A stretch of DNA of 63,584 bases, counting the filler, from Hausera hauseri (Eukaryota): NCBI GenBank assembly GCA_046269625.1. It is 11 parts of 11 records of this genome, joined end to end, with 100 filler letters (N's around TTAATTAATTAA, not from the genome) between each part and the next. Parts side by side here need not be neighbours in the genome. Positions count along the whole stretch, not along the records: positions 21,027 to 25,794 come from JBJURY010443246.1; positions 25,895 to 32,410 come from JBJURY010091987.1; positions 32,511 to 39,549 come from JBJURY010041999.1; 8 more parts are not named here. One strand, written 5' to 3'. This document shows positions 24,200 through 35,500 of this stretch, one piece after another. The notes under the pieces were generated by a model that did no database searches, was not told where the DNA came from, and was given only the letters and a program-made list of their open reading frames with translations. A program made the position numbers and the translations under genes. The stretch's first letter is position 1. The number at the start of each line of letters is the position of its first letter.

Positions 24200-24817
24200 A
24201 ATGTTTCGTTCGCAATTCTCAAATCGAGTCAACCATCGGAACTTCAGTTATGATGTAGGGATGCTTTACTAGGAAGAGGGTTGGGCGTTTTCATTTGTGT
24301 GAGGGATCTGTAAATTAAGATGCATACATTAACATTCTGAATACTGGACTACTGCAATTTGCATCTGATTATTTTAGTGGAGCAAATCTGCACTACTGGC
24401 TGTTCCAGGACGACAACGCCCCTTGTCATCTGTCTGTTGAAGTTAAATGCTGGTTGGTTCAGAATGGAGTTCAATCAATCCTTTGGCCTCCAAACAGTCC
24501 CGATTCAGAACCCAATGAAAACCTTTAAGGTTTAATGGTCCGTCATTTGGGGCAAAAATTATTTACCAAAAAACGAGCTTATTTAAAGAATTCTGAACAT
24601 TTGGAATCATTCAGTTTTTGCTAAGAAATGTTCAAAGCTTATTGATTCAATGCAGGAACGATTTGAAAAATATGAAATATACCATGTATTATAATAACCC
24701 TTGTAGTTGTCTTACAATTTATCATAAAAGAATATACTGTTGTTTGTGCCAAAACACTTATTTTTTCAAAACGTTGACAATTTAGCAAGTGGCTCTAATT
24801 TTGTTGGACAAACCGTA
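24200..24817 (+). mobile_element. Degenerate Tc1 (DD34E) transposon, 3' part with TIR and TA
   Basis: SVMM*GCFT...FQDDNAPCH...WPPNSPDSEPNENL; ends ...gttggacaaaccg|TA. Confidence 0.85.
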
Positions 24818-25894
24818 AATCCGTGCGAAATGCTTTGGCGGAAAAATTGTTTAAAATGGTGAAAAATTGTGTTTAACTGCGAAATTTCTTGGTTTAAATA
24901 GGATTCTCGAGGACTAATGATTCTCAGGACTCTTGTTCTCTATAGGTCGTCTTGATTTTTTTAAGATGGTGACCAGTAAAAAATTAGTAAGGCTGTGATG
25001 GATTTTTGTTGCCCCATTGCATGCACTTCCGTCAACCCAACGTAGTCCTCGAGCTTTCCACATAGGTCCAACAGCCCTAATAGACTTCATGAGTCCTCAG
25101 TGACGTGTCGCCGCGAATATCCGTTTCTCTAATGCACTTCTGCAAAACCAAATCTATTGTGATGCTAGACGAATCCGTTAGCCAAATTCAATTCCCGAGT
25201 CCTTGCTTTCGCAACGTCAGACGTTTCCGTTTTTAATGCATTCTCATAGCACATTGTGATTCTAGACTAAACCATTAACTTAATGCAATCACCCTTTCTC
25301 CATTATTGTCCTTTTCTGAAAGCATCCGCCGAACGTGGAACAGACTGATGGTGGCGATAATGAAAAATAGTATAATGTCGTCAAAAGAACCGTGTTAATC
25401 GATTCACGGAATAAACAATTGGCATCACTGACTGATAAACATATTCATATATGCTTTAACAAGGCGGTCGATCCATACAAAACATTCGACATCGATTGCG
25501 ACGCTTCCTCTGTTCATGTAAATGGTTTCAAGAAATCCAAATCATCACATGTATAAAAAACAATCAAATAATCATCATAATAACGAACAGGTTTCTTTCA
25601 CAAATATCACAGCTTAAACGATTTACCTTCTCATAAATTTCACAAATGTCTTCGAAAATCCGATTGTGATACTAACAATTTACCATTCAATCACCCACCT
25701 CACAAAATGTTAATAACCGACGATTATATGTACAATTCTTATCATACATTCTCACCATCTCTTTCTAAGTCCAAAGAAAATTCCCATTCCTTTCNNNNNN
25801 NNNNNNNNNNNNNNNNNNNNNNNNNNNNNNNNNNNNNNTTAATTAATTAANNNNNNNNNNNNNNNNNNNNNNNNNNNNNNNNNNNNNNNNNNNN

Positions 25895-26699
25895 CACATT
25901 CATATACTACATCATGTTTGCTTCCGATTGCACCCGGTCACGGGTGCTAATCATCCATATTGGATTTATCGAAAATTCGATATTATTGATTTTTGCACAC
26001 TTGCACACATGTTTTTGCACTGCACATCAACCATCAAAGTGTATCTCGATGTGCACTATCTAACTGCCCTTGATACAGATCATTTCCATCAAGCCTACGC
26101 TGCACAATTGCAAAAGTGCGTAAAGTGAAAAAGTGCTCATACACACCGATCAATAATTACAGCACACTCCAATTGTGCACTGATTGAAAGTGCATCGTCT
26201 ACTGCACACGCTTGTACATGTGTCATTTTCATATAATTGATTTAAAATTTATACCGGAAAGGCCTATGTGCATTCGGTCCCACTTTCGAATTATTCGAAA
26301 ATCAATCAATCGATTTAAATTCTAATTGCACATTCACATAAAACATCAAGTGCACTACTGATTGACCCGGTCTCGAGTGCTAATGATCGATTTTTAAAAT
26401 CTCAAAAATCCAATATTATTGGTTTTTGCACACTTGCACATTCGCTGCACACTTGCACTGTGCACCAATCAATGCACCTTGCTGTGCTCCATCGATTAGC
26501 CCTTTGTTCCGATCGATTAGATCAATAGTGTGCTGTGCAGCGATCTATATGTAAAAAGTGCAAAAATGTGCATATCAACGGTGCCTAGTTTTAGTATCGA
26601 TAGTGCACAGTATGCACTATCGATCGGCACATGTGCAAAATCGAATTATGGATTAGACCCTTCCGGAGGGAGGGACCGAAAGCACATTTTCTCACTACT
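25895..26699 (+). repeat. Second copy of the Polinton-like terminal element, with an internal tandem duplication of about 430 bp
   Basis: 25930-26010 repeats at about 26363-26442; same terminus ...CTCACTACT as 16574. Confidence 0.6.
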
Positions 26700-26759
26700 C
26701 TTCATACATACTCAAATAAAATAAGCAACTGCAACAGTAGATTACTTTGGTAAAGCCAT

Positions 26760-28295
26760 TACGATGTCATCTGAAAGATACACTGAAGCTGTCTCTCTAC
26801 GGAGCACTAACACGGACAAAATAGCCAATGTCTTCACCCGCACTTAGATCAGCAGGTTTGGGTCTCCTAGATTTATCATTTAGGACCAAGGCCCCAATTC
26901 GAGTCCAACCTATTCAAATCACTCGTAAATAGATTTGGAATCCGTCATATACACATTACGCCTTATCATCCCTAATCGAACGGTCTTATTTAGAGATTCC
27001 ACAGGACCCTAAAAACGTCGCTAAAAATTCCCGCTGACTCCAACAGTAGTTGGACTGCTCTTCTTCCTTTGGTTTTGCTTGGTTGGCGGAAAACGCAATC
27101 CACTTCCACAGGATGCTGACCTACCGAAGCTTTATTTGGAGCACCTGTTCGTTCATTGTTTGAATTAACCGCCGTAGATAATACGCCTACAGACGAAATG
27201 ATCAGAGCAGCGCAGGACCATTTCGTCGCGGTCAGTAAAGACTCGTTCTGTACAATAATACACAACAATAAAATGTATTTACCAGACAATTTGTATTCCG
27301 CAAAGTTTGTTTGGCTACGGAATTAAACACCGTTTGGTTTTCAACCGCAGTATCCGGGGTTCTATATGCTAATTCAATTACATTCTCATAACGCTATAAT
27401 TTTTAAAGACGGAAAGAAACTAGCAGTCCATATAAATAATGTGAAACCTGCCTTTTTTGTAGACGACACCTCTCCAACTGAAGATTCGACAAATTTCCTC
27501 AATCCTACATTTCCTTCTGTTTCTGTTCCTGACTCTATTCCTACTCAATTTTCTCCTGTTCCTGTTTCCGTTTACACATACAATTTACCTACTATTCCTA
27601 TCCCTACCACTACTCCATTTTCTTCCCCCGCCTTCTTATCAGTTACTACTCTTCCCTCCAACACCTTATCTTTGGGAACTCCCTTCGACAACTCCAAACA
27701 TCCACCTTCGGTCACTACTTTTACCTCTCCTTGTTTGCTTCAGCAATACACTTCATTTAACTCGATAGATTGTAACATCTTTCCTATCAAAGCATCTCAA
27801 GAAACGAAGACAAAGCAAAGATATACCACAAAACTGTCACTTTCAGCAAGTACAGTAAGGAGATAAGCGTCGAAGGTATACAACGTCTGGTTCATACCAA
27901 AACTGAATAGCCAAACCATACTATCTACTTCGTGATTTTCATCCTTATCGTTTTCAACTTAGCCACGGGGGCGGGTGATATTGTGCCTAACAATTGGAGC
28001 TTATACATACATTGTTATTATTTACTAATTTGTTCTCTTTTGTTTGTAATTGCCGGTGAATGGATGCGTTTTTACTGGTTTTTCTCGTCGCGCTAGAATG
28101 TTCCATCAAGACCACAACAATCTGAAATGTGGATTCCTGTTACAGATTGGCTACACAATGTTTCGACAAGTTAACAATAATCGATAAGAGACGGTTCAAA
28201 GACAGGTCGACCGATACGTCAATAAAAGTTTTGATCGAATATGTATGGTTGTTCTACCAAAATAAAACTATCCATCAAATATTCGGCTTATCACA
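26760..28295 (+). mobile_element. Degenerate gypsy integrase, S/P/T tail, PPT and 3' LTR (AT-rich type, about 27979-28295)
   Basis: RFGSPRFII*DQG, TPYHP*SNGLI*RFHRTLK, VHINNVKPAF; gccacgggggcgggtga|tattgtgcc; LTR homologous to 54300-54897. Confidence 0.85.
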
Positions 28296-28553
28296 ATTAT
28301 AATTTTACTCAGTATAAAATCAATATCTGGATTAAGGACGATGTCTTGAAGATAGATTCTATTCCAGACTTCACAAATAAACAATCAACAGTCTTACTTT
28401 AACATACTGATCTTAGATTATGATACTTCCGTTGATAAATAAGATATTGATAGATTTGTTTTTTGAATTTGAATTTAGAAATACACTAAATTTCGTTTTG
28501 AAATTAGCGTTTTGTTATTAGTTTTCAACATTTTATTAATGATACTACAAAGA

Positions 28554-31500
28554 TCAATTAAGCAGAAGAGTCCATGCAATTGGAGGTGATGAAAAGTCAT
28601 TTAGAAAATCGGTAGGAATGCGAGCTGAGTTTGAGTTGGAGGTAGAATTGGCATCTGAAATGTCGTCAACGAAGAAAGCGGGCTTCAAATTCGAAATATG
28701 AACGTTGTAAGATTTATCTTGGCGTAAGATTGTTGCTATGTAAGATGAAAGATTCAGCAGTTTGTATGGGCCAACATATTGAGGTCTAAAACCAGAAGGC
28801 GATTGATACTTCAACCAGACAAACTTGGAGGAGTATAAGTCCTTCGGAATATAAAATTTGTCGTTGTTAAAGAGTCGGCAGAATGAATCTAAGCTGACCC
28901 TAACAAAGTAAAATTGTGCCGCACGAATGTTTTCGTCTGTAGGATTGTCGTCGAGATCAGAAAGCTCAAATAAGGCCCGAATTGGAGTGCGAAAGAGTGC
29001 TTCGGCTGGAGCACAACCGGTAGTGGTAGAGGGTGTGTTGCGCCAATCTAGTAGAGCAAATGGTAGAATGGGCATCCAATTACGATGAGTGTCAGCCAAG
29101 ATTTTTAAGGAAACTTTCATTGCTCGATGGAAACTTTCAAGAAGGCCATTTGCTTGAGGATGATATGGTGTAGTATGAAAGTGGAATATTCCCAAGCGTT
29201 TAGCAAGTAATTTGAAAAGTTCCCACTGAAATTGTGGACCTTAATCCATTATTATGTAACGTGGGGAACCAAAACGACTGATCCAGATTTTTATAAAGGC
29301 GTCTGCAACTAAATCATTGTTTGTTGAATGAAGAGGAACGGCTTCAGGTCAGCGAGAAGCACGATCCATCATGGTAAGTATATGCTGATATCCGTTGTCT
29401 GAAGGTAAAGGACCAACAAGATCAAGATGAACTGTATGTAAACGTGATGTACAGGGAAAGTGGTATAGCGGCGGTTTAAGGTTTTTGTTGATTTTGTATT
29501 TTTGACTGGTTACACATTCCTTAACCCAGCCCTGTACATCTATTCACATTGATGGCCATACTACATGACGTTGAAGCAGGCGAAAGGTTGCTTTTGAACC
29601 TGGATGATAGAGTGAATGTGTATGAACAAAAGCTGGCTTTTGTAAAGGTGGTGCTAGAATAATCTTTTTATTACCGATGTTCGACGTATCATAAGCGATG
29701 CCATTGATGATCTCGAAAGATTTGAAGGAACTAAGGAGGTCAGCATACGGTAGATTTGCCTTTAACACTTCCGATGAGAAAATCGGTTCAACTGTGATGG
29801 AGCCAACCGACCTCGATAGAAATTATGCTACCAGGTTATCTGTGCCTGAGATGTATTCCAAAACAAAGCTGAACGTAGACAGGTATGATATATGTCGTTT
29901 TTGCATCGGTGATGGCTGTTTTAATGACATAATACGCAGAAGAGGCTTGTGATCAGTTTGAATGACAAATAGATGAGAGAGAAATAGATGTTTGAAATGT
30001 TTTACTGCCAGAACTATGGCGAGTAACTCACGGTCAAATGTTGAATAACAGCTTTCGGGTTGAGTGAGCTTTCAGGAATATAATTATAATGGTTCATCAA
30101 CGCCACTGTATATTTGGTGTAATATCGCACCAGTTGTTGTGGTCGAGGCATCGGTGGTAAGTATAAGATCTGTGTTGGGCTTTGGATAGCCCAATACTTC
30201 GACGGATTTTAGGCCATCGCGTAAATGGTCAAACATAGCGACTAAATCAGGAGTCCAGTGAATCAATTGCCTCTTTTCTCAGGATGATAAATGTGCGAAA
30301 GGTGCTGTGAACTCAGAACAATGAGGCACTTATTTGTGGATGAAGTGGAGTGTGCCTAAGAAACTCCTCATATCCGTGGTAGTCATTGGTAGAGTTACGT
30401 TCTTCAATTGTTGTATTCGATCCGGTTATGGAGAGTGGCCGTGAATAGTGATTACGTGACCTAGGAAATTTACACATTTTTGAAATAAATGACACTTGGA
30501 GAAGTTTACTTGCAAATTACTGTTATGTAGTCTGTGAAAGATAATGCGAAGGTGTTCCTGATGTTGCTTGGCAGACGTAGAAGCAACTAATATGTCATCA
30601 ATGTATGGATGAGCGAAGTCCAGACCAGAGAGTACGGTATCAATGTGCCGTTGGAAAGTTTGGGAAGCACTACGTAAGCCAAATGGCATGAAGATATATT
30701 CTTAGAGGCCAAATGAAGTGATAACAGCAGTTTTTGGAATATCATCAGGTGCAACCGGAATTTGATGATATGCTTTGTGCAGGTCAATTGTGGAGTACGT
30801 GTTAGTGTTGGTAAGACTATGCAGGATGTCCTTTATGAGGGGTAGAGGATAGGCATCCAAGGCTGTTAGATTATTTAACTGACGATAGTCACTATATGGT
30901 CTGTAAGTGTCATCTTTCTTTGTTACTACATGCAATGGTGAAGCCCATGGTGACTTGGATCTACGAATAATGACAGCCTTTTCAAGTTCATTAAACTCTC
31001 ATTCAACGGCTTTTCGCCTGCTAGGTGACAGTGGTTTGACCTTTTGTCTAATAGGTCTTTGGTGTTCAGTGACAATGTGGTGATAATTTGTGAAATGCGG
31101 CTTGAAATTGACGTCCTTGTTGAGAATACGGGAACAAGAAGTTTTGATGTAGGATTTAAAATCAGAACCCAACGATAAGAATGATAAGGTATATCATTGA
31201 AAAAGTCAGTGAATGTAATTGATGTAGAATGACTGAATACTTCATTAACGACATCCGGTTCAGCCGATTGTTTCAAGATTGATTTATTCCCGCTTGACCA
31301 GAGTGAAAATATTGATGAATTGTTAAGTGTGTTGTTATCAGCCGATGAACAGGATAACAAATTGACATTTGAATGAACAGAGGAAGACAAGGTGTACAAT
31401 TGGTCGTCTGGTGAACATTTGTTGGTATTTGTAACGGAGTTTCTGCGCAAGAGACATCTATGCTTACAGTCGACTAACAAATCGTATGCAACCAGGAAAT

Positions 31501-32410
31501 CGAAACCTATTATGGGTGATCTAATATTGGCTATATGAAATTCCCAAAAGAATTTCCCTGGTAGGTTATAGAATGTGAAGGACAGCTTTATGGTACCTAA
31601 AATGTTCAAATGTTGGCCACAGGCAGTGAAGAGTGGAGGAGAGAGTACTGTGTTGGATATGGGAGCGAAAAACAGAGAAAGAAGTGAAAAGGCAGCTCCT
31701 GAATCAATAAGGAAGTCTATTTGTGATGTGTCTCCAAATAATATTTCAGCTTTCAACAGAAAGACTGCATAGGCTATGTCGAAACGGCCAGAAGATTGAA
31801 CAATATTGCCTGTACCAGAATGTGCCTTGGCATCTGGTAGAATTATTAGTTTTTTGAAGGTTTTGGAGAAAAGGAAGGGGAGGAAGTAAAACGAGGGGAT
31901 TTATCGTTGTAATGTTTACAACCAGGCACACATGATATAGCCCTTGACTGAAACTTGTTGTGATATACACAAATGGGGTTGTCCACAGCCTACCGTTCGC
32001 TGTAGAACCGACAATCCAAAAACACTTCCTAGAATCCCTTCGAAATCGCGTGTGATAAAAACAAGTCATGCGTCTGCCAGGTGAAATAGATCGAGCAGAG
32101 TGTCTGGAAGTGCTTCTCTCCCTTAGAGGTCTGGTTTCGCTTCGTCGAGGCCTATTAAGATTATTTAGTTGGGTTGTAATGGTTAGAATTGACTGCTGTA
32201 ACTCGTCAAACTGTCGCTTCATTAATTGTAATTGTTGCGAGAATGAAGTGTTGTCAGTTTGTGAAGGTGTGTGAGCGGTTGCAGCAGCTACTGGTTGTTG
32301 ACTATTAGAATACAAAATATCAAAAATTTTGTCTGCCAATAAGGCGAGCTTTTCAAGGGCAGTAGAGTCATCTACTACAGTGAGCAGCGCCCTGATGGAG
32401 GTAGGCAAAG
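28554..32410 (-). mobile_element. Degenerate Ty3/gypsy gag-PR-RT-RNase H-integrase
   Basis: FLIDSGA, DYRQLN, IDLHKAYHQI, MPFGLRSASQTFQR, YIDD, LTTDAS, TTPYHPQANGLLESFHR in gypsy domain order; many frameshifts. Confidence 0.95.
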
Positions 32411-32524
32411 NNNNNNNNNNNNNNNNNNNNNNNNNNNNNNNNNNNNNNNNNNNNTTAATTAATTAANNNNNNNNNNNNNNNNNNNNNNNNNNNNNNNNNN
32501 NNNNNNNNNNTTTTATCTTCAACT

Positions 32525-35500
32525 TTGTCGGATTCCGAAACTGAATCCATTTGTATTGAATCTGATATAGAGATGAACATTGTTAAAAGGGAATCACATG
32601 AAATTTTAAGAGTAACCAGTCAAGACGACGATGATGTATTTTATACACCACTGGATTTCAAAGAAAAAGAATGGGTTAATATAAAGGTAGAGCATGTTCC
32701 TCCTAAGGATCAGTCAATTGATCAATCATCAATATGTGGCGAAATTAGTCAGCTGAATTCAAATAATAATGCTGTTGACGTTACCGACATAATCCCATCA
32801 GACCCTAGTAAAGAAGAAGCAAATATTTTGCCCTCAGACACAGTTGACGAAGATATGACGATCAGGACCTTATCTGTAAATTCAAAATCTAATAGCTGCC
32901 AAAGTCGTGAAGATTCTGAAGACGAAATTGTAATCAGACAACTAGATAATAATATAAATGCTCAATCTCAGTACGAAATTGAATTATTACTTCCCGACGT
33001 TCCACAGTTGCCAGACGTACAAAATGTTGACTCTGCAGGCTCGCCAAACGTCAAGAAAGTTATTACTAAAGATCATGGAATCATTAAATCGGATGACATC
33101 ATTCCTTCCAACGATAGCGTTCAAAATGTTGAAGAAGTTAAAAACACTGAAGATAAAATCGCTGATTTTAACAAAAGTCCTGAGTTAAATGCACCTTTTG
33201 CCGAAAACCTTGTACCAAAACAAAAGATGGAAACTAGCGAAGAAATTGCTGAGGCTCTTCGGACATGTGGCCCTGATTTCACTCTTGAAATAACGGAAGA
33301 ATTGTTGGTCAAACCAGTTGATAGAACTGCAGAAAGAAGCATTGAAAATGTATCTATGGACAAAATGCGGTTTCAAAATCAAGATTATAATGAAAGTGAA
33401 ATAAAACAAGATATTGAGATTGAAGGTTTGCCCCTTCAAAAAACAGGAGCTGAGCCTTGTTTGCGTAATTTGCATGTTAAGGACGAAGATTATATAACAA
33501 TGCAAAACGCTGACAATTTTGCATCAGAATTAGAAGAGAAGGACGGGCCACACGATATTTTAATTGATGCAGTTGAAAATGTTGAAGGCCGTCTGAAAAT
33601 GACACAATATGGTTCAGAGGAGCTAGAATTACTTAATGAACTAAATGAAGGATTATATCGAGATAAGTCTTTCGGAGTATGCATTGATAATGAAGTTGTA
33701 AAGAGTTCAAATAGTTCATACATCATTGTTACTGATGTCTCAAAAGATGTGCATGATTCTGCTGAACTGGTTCATAAGCCCGCATTGTTGTTAACAGTTG
33801 AAGGAGTTGAAAAGGCAAAATCAACTGGAGAGCCTCAAGTCGAAAGCCACAAGATGTTGGATGATAAATTTGAAAGCCAAGCAGATGGTGAAGCTTTGAC
33901 TTCAGTGCGTGGTACAGAGAACGTTACGATATTTGATCAGGTTCGTGCGTCAGACATGGAAAAGGAAATTGTAAAGAATGCTGAGAAATCTGATGGCGAT
34001 TATTCAAATGAAAGCACAATTCTACGGGAAACGACGAAAGCAAACGAAAGTATTTTACAAAATATATCAGCAATGCATCCAGGGGAATCAAGTAATTTGA
34101 GAGAGGGTGAAGACGAATTTGCACAGAATAACCTCTCTGAAGGTGCGACTGAGATCATTATGGTTGAATTAATCGGTGGTACAAGAAAGGCATTAGATGG
34201 GATGTCAGAATTAAATACTGTTAGTTCGGATGATTCTAAAGATCAATACAGCACAGAAGATATATTGAAGGCAAAGTTAAAAGTAGAACTTGTTTGTGAC
34301 GAAATACAATTTGCAGAAGGACCAAATGAAATCAACGACAGTTCGCTTGTGAAAGTAGCTGAAAGTGATGATAAAAACAATGTTGTTCTGAAAGAAACTG
34401 AATCCCAAATAATAGACAATCGCTCACATATATCTAATTCAAAAATTGAAGCATTTCCTCCAACTCACAAAGATGTCGAAGGTCCTCAGTCACATATCAC
34501 TGAAATAGAGGGAGTCTCAGATTCAATTGAGAATCTAGATAATGAAATTCTTGAACACGCCCATTTAAAATCTTTTGCAGAACCATGTCACGGCGAGTTT
34601 GTTGGTTATCCATACAAAAATGTCTTTGTGGGGGACAGTAGCACAAACAGTGGAAATTTGAATTTGAATTCATATAAGGAAAACGAAAATGATATCGTTA
34701 CCGAAGAAGCTTTAAGCAAATTTGATCCAAGTCAAGTAGCCAAATGCAAGATACAAAATGATGAAGAGCACCCAATTGGTGTCGAAATTGGAAAGCACTT
34801 GTTAAGTACAGAGGTATCAGAAATTGATGAGAAACAAAGGGGAATAAGTAAAGATTTAACAACAGAAGGTAAATCAATAAAAATAGAAGGTCAAATCGGA
34901 GAGAACATATCATTCGATGGAAAAGAAGCTGAGGAAAATACAAAAATTCTTACTGAGAATGTTACTGATGTTGACAGTTCATCCATTCTAGAAGAACGAC
35001 CTGAAATTGATGAGGTAAATCGATCAAGTGATATTTGTGATAAATCTGAGTTTAAAACACCAGATGACATAAAAATAAGTGAGAATGTTGAAAATATTAA
35101 GAATTCAGATGTTGATGTATCGGAATCAAGACAAGCTGCAGAAAATGTTGATACGAATATCGAAAAAGTAATGACTCATGACTCAGGAAATGGAGCTAAC
35201 CAATATTCCGCAGACATCATTCGAATAAAGGAATCTAAATATACCGCAGACAAATTTCCGGCTATTCATGGCCATGATTCTGAGAAAGCGAATAAAGATG
35301 TTGTCAAGGAGAGAGACGAAATATCAAGACAAGATATTAAAGAAATGGAATTTGATTATACAATTACAGTAGTACCTTCACTTCAGGATAATGCCGCTAA
35401 TAAAATTGGTTTATTTACTTCAGAAGAACAAGTAGATGCTGAGAAATTATATGAATCAGATGTAAAGGAACCAATAGATAAATCTTTAGAAATATGCTTG

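Noticed and set aside
28050-28295. Apparent DPP4-like peptides (NLKCG, PVTDWLH) inside the LTR
   Set aside because: Not preserved in the homologous LTR at 54300-54897; chance similarity. The real DPP4-like fragment lies outside the LTR.
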